Assembly: GCA_028023455.1 (NCBI GenBank)
Contig: JAQFVV010000001.1
Location: 1,798,001-1,862,000, forward strand
Length of the DNA: 64,000 nt
DNA from: Epiperipatus broadwayi
Lineage: Eukaryota; Animalia; Onychophora
Direction: 5' to 3'
Of this stretch, positions 39,380-51,400 are shown piece after piece. The notes below the pieces were generated by a model. The model did no database searches. It saw nothing but the letters and a program-made list of their open reading frames with translations, and was not told where the DNA came from. Within the stretch, counting starts at the first letter, position 1; each line of letters opens with the position of its first letter. Position numbers and translations under genes: made by a program.

Positions 39380-41605
39380 TGCTTTGGTAGGTGACACTCT
39401 GTGTCGAAAGTTGACTTAGCAGATTAGTAAACATATTATTTCAGCTGCATTTATTATTATTATTCATTTTTTATATATTTCAGTGTATAATTGCAAAATT
39501 ATTTTTTTCAACAATTTTTAATAGGGTTTCATTTGATCTTTTTTTCATATTTTGTATTTACTTTCTCCAATTTCTTAAAAATATTAACATTTATTGATTT
39601 AATATTATGGTGTATATTATTTTTTGGATTCATATATTACTTTGAATATATTAAAAGAAAATTGAATGTGACCATGATCATAAATAACTGGGCTCATTTG
39701 AATTTTAATCCACTAATCATCCCTTCTGTTCTTAAATCTGTGTTATTTATGAAACCTTATTTATTGTATTTTTTAATTAAGCAGAAAAAGCTGTGACTTT
39801 TTTAAAACAAATCACTCATAATACAATCATCAGAGAATCCTTAAGAATTCTTACATTTAGTGATCCCAAGAATAGATTTATTGACATTCTCATATTTTTA
39901 AAGAAAATTTTATCCTCTAATATAACAAGTTTGGAAATCTAAATTGACAGTTTTATTATTTAAGAACTGATTTGAAGTAGCATGAGTTTCAGTTGCTTCT
40001 AGAGAATAAATATCAAATTTTATATCAACTTCTTTGAGATGAAATCCTGTGCCACTATCACTATAACCTTATACTAATCTTTGACCTTTTCAACAAACTA
40101 TACTTACTAGAATACATTTTCTGTATAATTATTAAACAGACTCTTCAAATTCAAAGGGTCACTGTCTTTACTTATGGTAGTTTTGGTGATATATTTAACA
40201 GTTTCTTATACATCAAAGTTTTCAAGAAGAAAAGTTCATTATTTTTAATTGATATTAGAATAATAATATCCAACAAAGAATAAAAGTTCTAAATTTTCTG
40301 AATGTATTGTAGATGTGCAAACAGTAATAAAATGGACTGAATCAGTTTTTAAAATTATTGGCTTTTTTAGTAGTATATCTAGAATTCTAAAATTTAAACC
40401 TCACAAAGACTTAAACACTATGCAGTCTCATTTTTTTTTAAGGAACTGTACTTCAAAAAACAACAACAACAACAACTTATAGTCATATTTACATATTCAA
40501 TCAAACTTTTATTCTCTATCTATATCAATCTTAAATCTGATAACTCTTTATTTATTTTTGTCTTGTATTTAGATTTTGAAGAATTCATATTTACCTTTAA
40601 TACCACTACTATATTTTATTTTATTGCTATTATTAATATTATAGCCATTTGAATAAATAATCTGGCAAGCATGACATCCAGATTTTGCAAAACTAACTAT
40701 TTTTAGACTATCTTTTCTAGATTCTTTCACATTTGTGTGGGAAAACATATTTCTAAATATAATTGTTTTATGAATGTAACTTCTGATCCACTTCTAAATA
40801 CTAGTTTGTACAACATTACAATTAAATATCACCAATCTGCTAAGTCTCCCATCATTGACTTTTCAATGTCAATGGACTTCAGATTTTACATACTCCTACA
40901 CATTTGCGAGAAGAATCCATTGAAAAATGCTAATTTATATCATTGATTCTTTTTATAATTTTTGTTAGTACATGAATATGATAAACTTATTGCTATAATC
41001 ACTTTTAAATCCTTTTTTTTTTTTTTTGTTGGCTTGAAGTATGTTCTATAAGACAATTTGTAATGATTTTTAGTAAAAACCTCACATGGAATTAATTAAT
41101 AAAAGACTAATTGGTTATTAATTACTAATCATTTTATTATTTTTTAAAAAATATCTATCATTATTTCATACCATTCATCTGATATATTTTATCATTTATA
41201 CATTTGATATACTTATCAATAGCTGCTCTATTTCTTTTCCTGCTTTTTTAAAAAGAAATATTTAATGACTCATTTCCTGAAGCTTTTCCATTCTTCATAG
41301 ATTTAGTTGCTTGTCTCACCTCTTTATCTAAAATATAATAATCCACTTTTTCCACATGCATTTAATATATGCAATAAATTTATTATTTTCAAATCACACA
41401 GTTTCAATTGTTCTATGGTCTTCCCCAGGTATATCAAAATTTTCTATAAATATAAAATGTAAAAAATATATATGTTATGTACATTTATTTTGTACATTTT
41501 AAATTAGTTTATCTATAAATTTGTATATATTTCTGCATGTTTAAGCAGATATGACGTCTCTAGCATTGGGCAGTACACTATCTCCACCAGTACCAAAAAT
41601 ATTTT

Positions 41606-41918
41606 TTAAAACAGGCAAAACTCGCTATACATATTGCCATACACTGCAAGCTAGAGTAATCAATGGATGCCAGAAAGCTTGTGCATAAAATCCCCATCTA
41701 ATGCCTACTCATCCAATATCCCCAGAATAGTTTCTGGCTTGTGGCCTTTGTCAGGGAGGAGTCTTGGATCTGATGAAGGCCACAAGCCAGAAACTAGTCT
41801 GGGGATATTGGATGAGTAGGCACTAGATGGGAATTTTATGCACAAGCCTTCTAGCATCCATTGATTACTCTAGCTTGCTGCGTGTGGCAATACGTATAAT
41901 GAGTTTTGCCTGTTTTAA
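41606..41918. mobile_element. Palindromic non-coding HHR-bearing element with 149-bp arms and a 15-nt loop
   Basis: 41606-41754 is the reverse complement of 41770-41918 with scattered mismatches. Arms are homologous to 47626-48028. Confidence 0.9.
41770..41805 (+). ncRNA. Hammerhead core lacking the 5' strand of stem I
   Basis: CTGATGA-aggccacaagcca-GAAA-CTAG-TC-tgggga. The upstream tcctca partner was removed by the central deletion. Confidence 0.6.
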
Positions 41919-42719
41919 TAACAGTTATAAGCAAGCATAAGAAATGGTGATCATGTGATGTTTATTGGTTTAAAAATATTCTTTATAAATCTACTACATA
42001 TCTGATGTAATTATTAAATAAATATCTTAAAAAGTCATCTTTATGTTAATTAAATTCATTGTATCAATATATACATTTGAATACTTACATATTAGTCTGA
42101 TGATGAAATTTTAGTTGTTTACTTATGATTATTTATGATTACTAAATATTGGATAGTATGTTTTATTTAATTAAGTAAATGAAATATTTATTTATATAGT
42201 GCTATGTTTTATAAAGTGTAATATTAATAATCAGCCATTAAGCTAATTAAGTAAGTAAATTTAACTTTCAAAGATTTAAAAAATCATTTTTAACAATGTT
42301 ATAAATAACAACTCCACTTTCTGTATTGTCAATTTATTTACATGGCAAAAGATGGCTATCTTTAAAGCATAATTAGGTCAGGGGTATCTAAAAGTTAATA
42401 AATGTACTGTTCTTACTAGGAAGAATGTATAATAGATATAAAAATACTGTAGAGATCTTCTACAACTTCTCTTTGAAAGTTAAATTTACTTATTTAATTA
42501 AATACTATTAAATATTTAGCAATCATAGACTATCATAATGATTTTAATGAAGTCTAAAATTTCACTGCCAAACTTAAGTACCATAAATTGTATTAATTTT
42601 ATTTATCTTATAAGCAAACCCCTCTCCCATTAATCATGTGGGTGTTATTCTTTTGTTTGTTACTCTTGATTGATTTTCTTCATTAATTAATTTATATTTT
42701 GTTCTTTAATTTTATTTTT

Positions 42720-43335
42720 AAAATCCTCATTCATTATTAAAATTCTTAAATGTTTTTTACTTTACTATTTTTTATTCATTATTTATATATGTATATTGAA
42801 AGACTAAATAAAAAAGAGAAAATTATTGAATTTTATAGGAAAATGTGTAATAGATAAAAGATATAAAAAATTGAGTATATTAAATAAACTATAAAGATTA
42901 TCACCTTAATAATAATATAAATAAATATATTGAAGAACCAAAGAATTTAATTAAAACAAGACTTAAACAATTTACAATAGATAAAGTATCTTAGATTTAT
43001 TTATAGTAATAAAAAAAAAAAACAGGATATAAATTCAAAGTTAAAAATATAAAAATGTTATATTATGCTAGTAATAAAAACGAAAGATAAGGGGGCACTG
43101 CTTATAAAGAAGTTTAGATAAAATATAAATCAAGATTCCGACAATGAATTGTTAAGTAGTTAATTATATGTACTTTTAAATATTTTAATTGTATAAAAGA
43201 ATTAATAAATAATAAATGTTATAATTAACTGATATTTAAAATTGATAAGTGAATATATTAATGAATAAAAAATAAACATAATAGTAAAACAAACATTTAA
43301 GAATGTGAATAGTAAATAAATAGTAAGAGAGGATT
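42720..43335 (+). mobile_element. Very decayed PLE 3' end (GIY-YIG relic) with an inverted copy of its tail
   Basis: KYIEEPKNLIKTRLKQF at about 42923-42973 (compare YIGET.R.L.TRL.EH). 42740-42790 is an inverted copy of about 43255-43305. Confidence 0.4.
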
Positions 43336-44120
43336 AGTGTTGTACTTTTTAAAAAAAACATTTATAAAAAAATTATGATAATAATTTATGATTTTATTCA
43401 ACATTATATCAAAGGTTATATTAAAGGTAAATATATAGGTGGAATTCTCTTAATCTAAATACTTATTATTCAAAAATTTATTATCCAAACAAAATTTCAG
43501 TAAATACTTACAAATTAATAAGTTTATCTTGACAAAGTTTAGGTTTATAATGAGAAGGTAAAATATCCATTCTTGTAATTCAAAAATTTTACAAATCCAA
43601 AAAATCTTTTAACCAAGGATTTGAAATTATTGATCTTTTATTTGTATTCTTACGATTGTGATTGGTAATAGCCATTAATTTATCGTATTAGCACTATAAT
43701 AGTTCACTACTATTCAAAAATTTTGGTAATTGTACATTGACTTAGAACTAAAGTTACAAAGTTAGGAAAATATATTATAAATTTTAATCCAGTTTTATTA
43801 TTTTATGTTAAGCAAGTTTTATAACAGCTCAGTTGCTTTTTTTTTTTTGCATAAGAATCATAAATACTTTATATATATTACACTTCTTTAAGCATGATAG
43901 CATGAAAGTACCAATTTGTACTAAGTTTTTCAAGAATTACCTGTAATACTTATTAATAGAATAAAGCTATAATATTATTTGACTGAAGGTTTGTGATGAT
44001 GGTTAGATGTGATAATATGTTGGTCTATTTCCATCTTCTATTAGTAAATGTTAAATCTGTAGAAAATTTTAAACTTTATTTAAACTTTTCAAATAGCTTT
44101 TAGTAATGATAAACAAATAT

Positions 44121-44171
44121 ACAACATAACATTTCGAGTAGTATTATTCTTTACTCTTCTTCAGGTGTTGT
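44121..44171 (-). ncRNA. Near-intact minimal type I hammerhead ribozyme
   Basis: Minus strand acaacac-CTGAAGA-a-gagta(aagaataatac)tactc-GAAA-tg-tt-atgttgt. Stem II is a perfect 5 bp and stem I pairs at 6 of 7 positions. Confidence 0.75.
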
Positions 44172-44817
44172 TGGTCTGACCAATGACAATATTAGCACAG
44201 GAATTGAACTTATATCTTTAGATTCTTGAATATTGAATTTTAAGGTAATGCTTATAACCAACAGCTATTCTGTCAAAGGTAACAGGTAATAGAAATTTCA
44301 TATATTTATAGATGTGGATCGGTTCAAATTCTCCTGAGTCCTTCAATTTTTTTTTAATAATATTAAAATAACTTTCCAAAGCTATACCACATTTTGAGGA
44401 ATTCTAACTTTTACCAAGCCTAAACTGGATATGCTGAAGAACAAAAACTATATTTGTGAAATACCATGTGAATGTGGAAGGAATTATATTGGTGAGTCCT
44501 GTCACCCTGTTGAACAGTAATTGAAAAAACATAAACTAATAGTTAAAAGAGAGAAAAAAAGATGTGTCTACTGTAGTAGACCATGAATGTACTAATGATC
44601 ATATGTTCAATTGGGAAAATACAAAACTATTGGATAGAGAGAAAAAGAGGCAAAGAAGAAATTTCAAGGAAGCTGGTCATATGACAGTGGCAAATAATCT
44701 TATAAGTCAACTTAGTGTAGCAATAGTATTAAAAACAATTGAAGGACTCCGAAGGATTTGAACCAACCCTCATATATAAATATATGAAATTTCTACTATT
44801 TGTTGCCTTTGACAAAA

Positions 44818-44885
44818 TTGTTCAGTTGGTTAGAAGATTGATTAAAATTTAATATTCAAGAATCTAAAGATGTAAGTTTGACTCC
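44818..44885 (+). promoter_or_regulatory. Decayed Pol III A and B boxes in the PLE 3' region
   Basis: TTGTTCAGTTGG (44818-44829) and GTTTGACTCC (44876-44885). An inverted counterpart lies at 44267-44200 (tagctgttgg and GTTCAATTCC). Confidence 0.55.
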
Positions 44886-44911
44886 TATGCTAATATTGTC
44901 ACTGGTCAGGC

Positions 44912-44962
44912 TAGCAATACCTGAAGAAGAGTGAAAAATTCTATTACTCTAAACATGTAATT
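44912..44962 (+). ncRNA. Decayed hammerhead ribozyme
   Basis: CTGAAGA (44921-44927), stem II agagtga/ttactct, then aaac with G12 lost. Confidence 0.55.
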
Positions 44963-45780
44963 ACTAACCTGTATTGTCTATTTGTGTGTTATTACTAACA
45001 AGTTGTTTGTGTTTGAAGTGCTTAAATAAAGTTTAAAACTTTCTATGCATTCAACATTTATTGATAGATGGTGGAAATAGTCCAATATATTATCAAAGCT
45101 ATGATTTTATTTTACAACTAGTTAATTGTAAGAAAAGAATTCATGAGATGTGAGAAAATCTTTTATATCTAATATAGCCATGTTCAGCATTATCAAATTT
45201 AATACTTGGGGGAAAAAATATAAGCTTTAAAGGTTGAAAGAAAAAGAGCAACAATATGATATCAAAACCTCTACAATAATAGATATGAGGGTAAAAAATA
45301 TTTAAAGGATTTTTGGTAACAAAATATAAAAGAAACTAAATCCAAGTTTGTAGGGGAAAAAATCTATTGTCTAACTTCAAAAAATAGTTTTTTTTTTTTT
45401 TGTATTTTCTGTTAATATGCATCTCCTTTTAGTCTTAGATAAAGATTGAATAGTCACTGAATACCATATGGCAATTCCGATTTGAAGACAGGACTTAGTA
45501 GAAATCTGGAAGTCTTAGTTGCATTGATTTTTAAGTTCATTGATCACTCAATGTTTTTATGAGGATGAAAATAAAAATAAATATTATATAGAAATCAAGA
45601 GATTCATGGAATATGTTGCAATTAAATACTACTCTTAAAAGTAAAACAATCTTAAATATCCCACTGCAAAATAAGACCTCTACAGCATCACTCCATAATT
45701 AGAATTACCAGTTGGCTGTGTTATATATACTTTGTATAGAAAAAAGAAATTACTACCGTAGACAATATGTAATAAATAAC

Positions 45781-45945
45781 CAATTTCCACAGGAGATGTA
45801 GATAATAATTATGGCAACAAAATTAAGTATAAATACAATTTTTGACAAAGGTACTCTGTATCAAAAACCTGGTTTAGCAGTTAATAAATATTGTATTTAT
45901 ACTTTTGTTGCTGTAATTATTATCTACATACTCATATGAAAATTG
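45781..45945. repeat. MITE-like inverted repeat, about 55-60 bp arms
   Basis: atgtagataataattatggcaacaaaa(ttaa)gtataaatacaat versus the reverse complement of attgtatttatacttttgttgctgtaattattatctacat. Confidence 0.75.
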
Positions 45946-47699
45946 CTTGTTTATTATATTATACTTTGTGTATATATATTATAACTGATGGCTATCAGTT
46001 TACTTCCCTTTTTACAATATAGATTTGAGATCTAGTGCAATTTTTCTTTAACAGATTCACATGATGCCGTAAATCCTCCTGTATTGACATTTGGTTTTAA
46101 GCTTAGATAATAGTGGGCCATATTATAATATGCATTTTTGTTACCCACATTTTCTGTATATTTATGCAAATGTGTGTATGCATTATAAAGTAAAATGTTA
46201 ATATTTAAAAAATTAAAAAATTTTTTTTAATAATTTTAATTTATTTGTTGGATATTTTTTTAAATTATGGATAACTGAAACAGCAGCTGATAGATGAATA
46301 CAGCATATATAAACTAAATTATTGGTTTGAATTAATTTTTCAAAATATGCAAATGAAATATCAAATTTTATCAAGTAAGGGGTTGGAAATTTTATTTTCC
46401 ATTTCTGTTCCTATTGTATTGAGTAAGATAACACAGATTGTCCTCTTTTTTAAACCATAATGTGAATAGTATAAAATATCTAATGCATCTTATATTCACA
46501 TCAAACTCTTAATGCTTGTGTAAATTTTATTGAACTTGGATATTTTAATTATCTTCATCATGAGAAATAGTCAACAGACCTGGTGAGAAGTTTAAAATTT
46601 TTTGGATTGATTTTTGAATTCCTCCATAAAATTTGGTGTTAAGCAATTTTATTTTCTTTCTCTCTTCTGTTTCAGCAGAACCCATTATCTTCACTAGAGA
46701 TTTTAAAATATGTAATATTTTATATTGCATCTTAAGAAATACATTTTATTTTTATATCTCATATTATTATAATTGTACTTAAACATTCTCTGTAGCAATT
46801 AAATAATTAAAGTTTTTTTTTTAAAAAAAAATCTTAAAAAATCTTATATATTAATGACTGATTTTTATATAAGAATTTTTATTATGTCAGAATTGAGTAT
46901 AGTATTTTTTATGTATAAGATTTTATTATTGGATTAAAATTGAGCATTAGTTATAATGAAGACATTGAATCATATATGTAAGTATATCTTGTTATTACCC
47001 TAAGCATAAATACAACCTTTCAACATAGCTAAATGTATATGTAAACAAAGGGAGTAGATAACATTTCTCCCTGGTTATGAATTAAAAGCACTCTAAATGC
47101 TGAACAAAGTAGCAAGAATATCGATGAATCCACTTAATCTTTGGAGCTCTGATGTTTATAAGCATATCTTTGCTTTTGGTACATATTCTTTACATATCAA
47201 GATGGTACTCTTCTGTTAATAGTGTGGAAATTAAATTTGGTGTAGTAATCTATAATTTTGTTTTATAAATCAACTACCAACTATTAATTTGGTTATGTTA
47301 AGCATCTCACTGTATTTAGAAATTTTATTTTTTATAATATGGTGGTCTCATGTGACCGCTTGATGGTGTTGTTGCTTGCAAAAATAATGAAATATAACAT
47401 TACCGGGCCAATAATTTTTTGCTTTCTGTTCTCCGGCAATTTTTCAAAATATTTTTAAAAAATTTACGAACCAACATTATTTTCTAAATTACATTTTAAA
47501 ATTATATTATATATTTCAGCATGTAGCGCTGGCATGTGCAGGGAGAGGAGTCTGATGGTTTTGCCGATCCAAAGGATCAGCCAATACATGCATTAATAAA
47601 CAAAGCAAAACTCTCCATACAGTATTGCCAACCAGAGTAATCAATGAATGCCAGAAGGCTTGTGCATAAAATCCCTATCTAATGCCTACTCATTCAATA

Positions 47700-47741
47700 T
47701 CCCCAGATAAGTTTCTGGCTTGTGGCCATCGTCAGTGAGGA
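47700..47741 (-). ncRNA. Minimal type I hammerhead in the left arm, stem III mutated
   Basis: Minus strand tcctca-CTGACGA-tggc cacaa gcca-GAAA-ctta-TC-tgggga. Confidence 0.65.
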
Positions 47742-47916
47742 GCTTTGGATCTGAGAGCACTGCACCTAGACCTTAGGATCTAATGCTTAGATTGAAAATA
47801 TTTTTGTGTTTTCAATTTCATTCTTATAGTTTTGTAGTTAAGTAGAGATAAAAGCTGGGTGCTGGAGGGTTGCATTAGATCCTAAAATCTAGGTGCAGTG
47901 CTCTCAGATTCAAAGC

Positions 47917-47958
47917 TCCTCACTGACGATGGCCACAAGCCAGAAACTAGTCTGGGGA
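47917..47958 (+). ncRNA. Apparently intact minimal type I hammerhead ribozyme; predicted cleavage after GUC at 47952
   Basis: tcctca (stem I)-CTGACGA-tggc cacaa gcca (stem II)-GAAA-CTAG-TC|tgggga (stem I, 6 bp including one G-U). Stem III is the palindrome ACTAGT. Pair 10.1-11.1 is U-A rather than the usual G-C. Confidence 0.8.
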
Positions 47959-48042
47959 TATTGGATGAGGCATTAATAGAGATTTTATGCACAAGCCTTG
48001 TGGCATTCATTGATTACTCTGGTTGGCACAGGGTGGTTTAAC

Positions 48043-48134
48043 ATGCATTAGTCTGAGCAAACAAAGCTCTCAGTGCGTAGTGCTGGAATGTGCGGGGGAG
48101 AGATGGTTTTGCCGATGCGCTAGTCTGAGCAAAC
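48043..48134 (+). repeat. 72-bp GC-rich tandem unit (about 1.3 copies), with a further diverged copy at 47523-47605
   Basis: tagtctgagcaaac at 48049 and 48121. gtagtgctggaatgtgcgggggagagatggttttgccgat (48077) resembles gtagcgctggcatgtgcagggagaggagtctgatggttttgccgat (47523). Confidence 0.8.
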
Positions 48135-48406
48135 CAAGATTATGATTTCAGTATATATAAAACAAAGAATACTTTTGGTTCTCTTGAATAATGATTGTAT
48201 ATTGTTTATCAAATGCTTTGTTGTTTTTATATGTATACAGAAATTATTTTTAAAAAATAAAAACTGTATTGGGGATTGATTAAATTGAATTTTAATTTTT
48301 AAATAGTCATGTTTTGTTAAAAATTTTGAAAAAGATGTATTTTGATTTATATTTGGATTTAAAAAATAATAATCATCAAATAGCTTATTACTCAGGAGTA
48401 TGTAAG

Positions 48407-48473
48407 AATTTGGTCTGCAATCCATGGGCTTTGAGATCCAGAGTCTGCCATTACCACTGACACCAAACCATGC
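48407..48473 (-). other. Possible decayed tRNA-derived SINE head
   Basis: Minus strand TGGTGTCAGTGG (A-box-like) followed by gactctggatc (tRNA-Gln-like anticodon arm). The B box is not recognisable. Confidence 0.3.
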
Positions 48474-51400
48474 AGTATTTACTTGAAATACATTATGACA
48501 TCTATAGATATTTTGATAATTTTATGATTCCTTTATTAATTTATTGTTTATATTTTTACATCTATTAATTATAAATGAAAATAATCACAAGTATGTTAAA
48601 AAGATAACTCCTCACAGTTGTTATAACCTTCAAAATAATCTTTGACATATTAATTTGAAAATTTATTAAACATATCAAAAAAGCTTAATAGACAAATGAA
48701 CATTTTTTAATCACATGGCATCCATCTTTAAAAAAGAAAATGAATTGAAAACATTCTTTATTAATGAAAGATATAAGTATTGATTAATGGTTTTAAATCT
48801 GATATTATAATTTTCTTATATAATAGTAAATTTTGAGATAGATATTTAAATTCTAGAATTAATTTCTCAGAGTAAATTTATATAAATATTGAAAGCAATT
48901 AGCTTTAGCTTTATAAAGTTGAAATTTTCCATGGAAAAGAAAGAAATCAATTTTTTTTTTTATTAAAGATTTTATTTTATTTTAATTTTAGGATCATTTC
49001 ATAGATAAGCATTTATACTACTTATACATTTAAAATATCCAGATTTATTTATGAGTTAAAATAATTTGTGTATATTTATATAACATTGTTATTTTTGTTT
49101 TCTATTCATTAGCATGCAGATTTAGAAGTTTAGACCATAAGGAACTATGGCCATTAGTTATCAATTATTTTAATTCAATTTATTTTTTTATTTTGCATAC
49201 TTTTAACACTTAATTATTATTGAAATACATATTATGTATTTACAAATTAATAAATTATAAAATAAGATTTAATGGAGTAAAGCTTTCAGGGAATGAATCT
49301 TCTGTTGCAGTTAGTACTAATTTGTATCTTGCATTTAAAAACTATGTAAAAATGCTAATAAGGATAAAAGTTGAAAATTAAGATGTTTTTCCCATGAAAT
49401 TTTTCATTACTGTTGGCAGAAGTTAGTACTGTTTAATTCAATTGTTTAAAATTTTTTAAACAATTACTTACTGAGTATTAAAAAAAAAACAATGAATCAA
49501 CATTTCTTGGAATATACACTTTACTAATATTTTTGAGTTTTTTGTTGTAAGCATATATAGTTGATATTTTTTCAATGACTATTCTGCTCTAATTCTTAGA
49601 ATAACAGAGAAGGAATAACAATTTGGATTTTAAAATTAGTCTTATTTTTATGAGAGCTATGTCTGTACATGTATATTTTATGAAAGCATAAAAAAAGTAT
49701 GTATAAATTTAGAAATATTGATGTTTCCAGAATAGTCCAGAAAAAAAAAAAAAACTAACTAATTTATATGCAGAAAAAAGAAATCAGTAACTTCTAGAAG
49801 CAACAGACTAATTTGCATGTTAATAAAAGTTTTAGTTTATGCAAATTAGCAAAGCTGATAAAAGAGGGAAAAATAAACAGTACAAAAAAAAAAAGTGCAA
49901 AAGAAGTGCAGCAAATTGTGTATTAAGTACTGAGTTTTAAGTTATATTCTGTAATCAGTTCTGTTGTTCTAGAAATTCGTAAAGAAGAGCTCTAGTCAAT
50001 AATCTAATTCGACTATTTCAGAAATATGTGTATAAGCAATAATGTGCTTACACAATTGCAAAGTTGACACATTTATATATTAAATCTATACAGAGATATG
50101 AACTGCAAAGTGATTTAATTAAGTGATCTTATTCTCAATTAGGAAATAGCTTGTTGAATTACTAATCATTTACTAATAGTATTATTATTCACAGTAAAAT
50201 AAACTTTTGAATTTATCATTAAACCTTGTTGTCAGTTTCCTTTATTTAACATCAAAAATTATCCAGCTGCCAATTGACTGGTTGGCCCTGGGTATATTAC
50301 GAGGTTAAATGGGTATTTTTGAAAAATGGATTAATTAATTACACTTTAATTATTGTTTGTTTTCATTCTTTTTCAGACAAGCTTTTCTATTTGCTAACAT
50401 ATATATACAGTATATGTAAAAAAAAAAATCAAGATTGGTTTCGTAAATATATATTTATATATCTACTTAAAAACTAACATGGTTAAACATGGAATTGTTG
50501 CATCTTTGCTAATTGAGTGATTTTTAAAGCTGTATTTATTTCAATATTCTCTCTGCTTTTCTTTTCATTTTCATATTTTGTATTTACTCAAGAGTGTATT
50601 TATTATTAGTTTTTAATACTCTTTAGTCAGGGATTAATTTCATTATAAATTGTAAAATTATATGATTAATTTAATTTTATTTAAATAATAAAAAAAAATT
50701 GATAAACACAAATAGAAAAAAAAAAATATACTGTTTATTATAGTTCTTTCACTTCTCCCGGGTGTTTGGCAAATCTAATGAGCTACTGCTATGTATTATC
50801 TTTTTCATTTATTGATTATATTTCTCATCTTATATGAAATCTACATGAGTTTGTCTTCCCTTTATTAACAATTTTTTATAAGGATAGTCTATTATGTTAA
50901 TTTTTATTGTTTCATCTACTTTTTTGCAGCAATGATATAGAATAATTGTTATTCTTGATCACAGTTGTATCTATAATAAAATATCATTTCATATTGCACA
51001 TGGATTTGTTTATGAATAAGTGAAATGCCATTCATATTATAACCAGGGACTCATGTTAACCACATCTAGTAGTAGTAGTAATAGTAATAACATATATATA
51101 TATATATTATTTAAAGTGTTTTTTCTTTTATATCATTTATTTATGATTACATGTTAAAACTTATCAGTTTCTGTATATCTTTAACATTTTAATACACGTT
51201 TGTTTTAGTTAAATTAATTTTGAAGTATTTCTTTAGTAGCTGAAATTTTATATTACAATTAATTATATAATTTATTATTGTTTAAAACATAAAAATAGAT
51301 AAACAATACCATTTAAAACTATTAGTTCAGTGATTCATCCAGGATTTTGTCTCTCCTAATCCAGGCCATATCACTGAAAGAATGTCATATTTGCATAATA

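Larger units (their letters stand above)
44011..45094 (+). mobile_element. Second insertion of the same PLE family: inverted pLTR (44011 to about 44355, minus) plus a 5'-truncated GIY-YIG/3' region (about 44380-45094, plus)
   Basis: CEIPCECGRNYIGES at about 44455-44500; ORF 44564-44761 (HMFNWENTKLLDRE..R.RRNFKEA). The 3' region matches 4400-4730, and 44011-44355 is its reverse complement. Confidence 0.9.
47596..48028. mobile_element. Palindromic non-coding HHR-bearing element (arms 47626-47786 and 47872-48028, 85-nt spacer)
   Basis: About 160-bp inverted arms. The left arm continues to the family terminus (aaacaaagcaaaactctccatac, about 47598). No ORF. Confidence 0.9.

Noticed and set aside
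47523-47570. Superficial resemblance of the 72-bp unit to the U1 snRNA 5' region
   Set aside because: Lacks ATACTTACC and the U1 stem-loop sequences; only scattered short matches.
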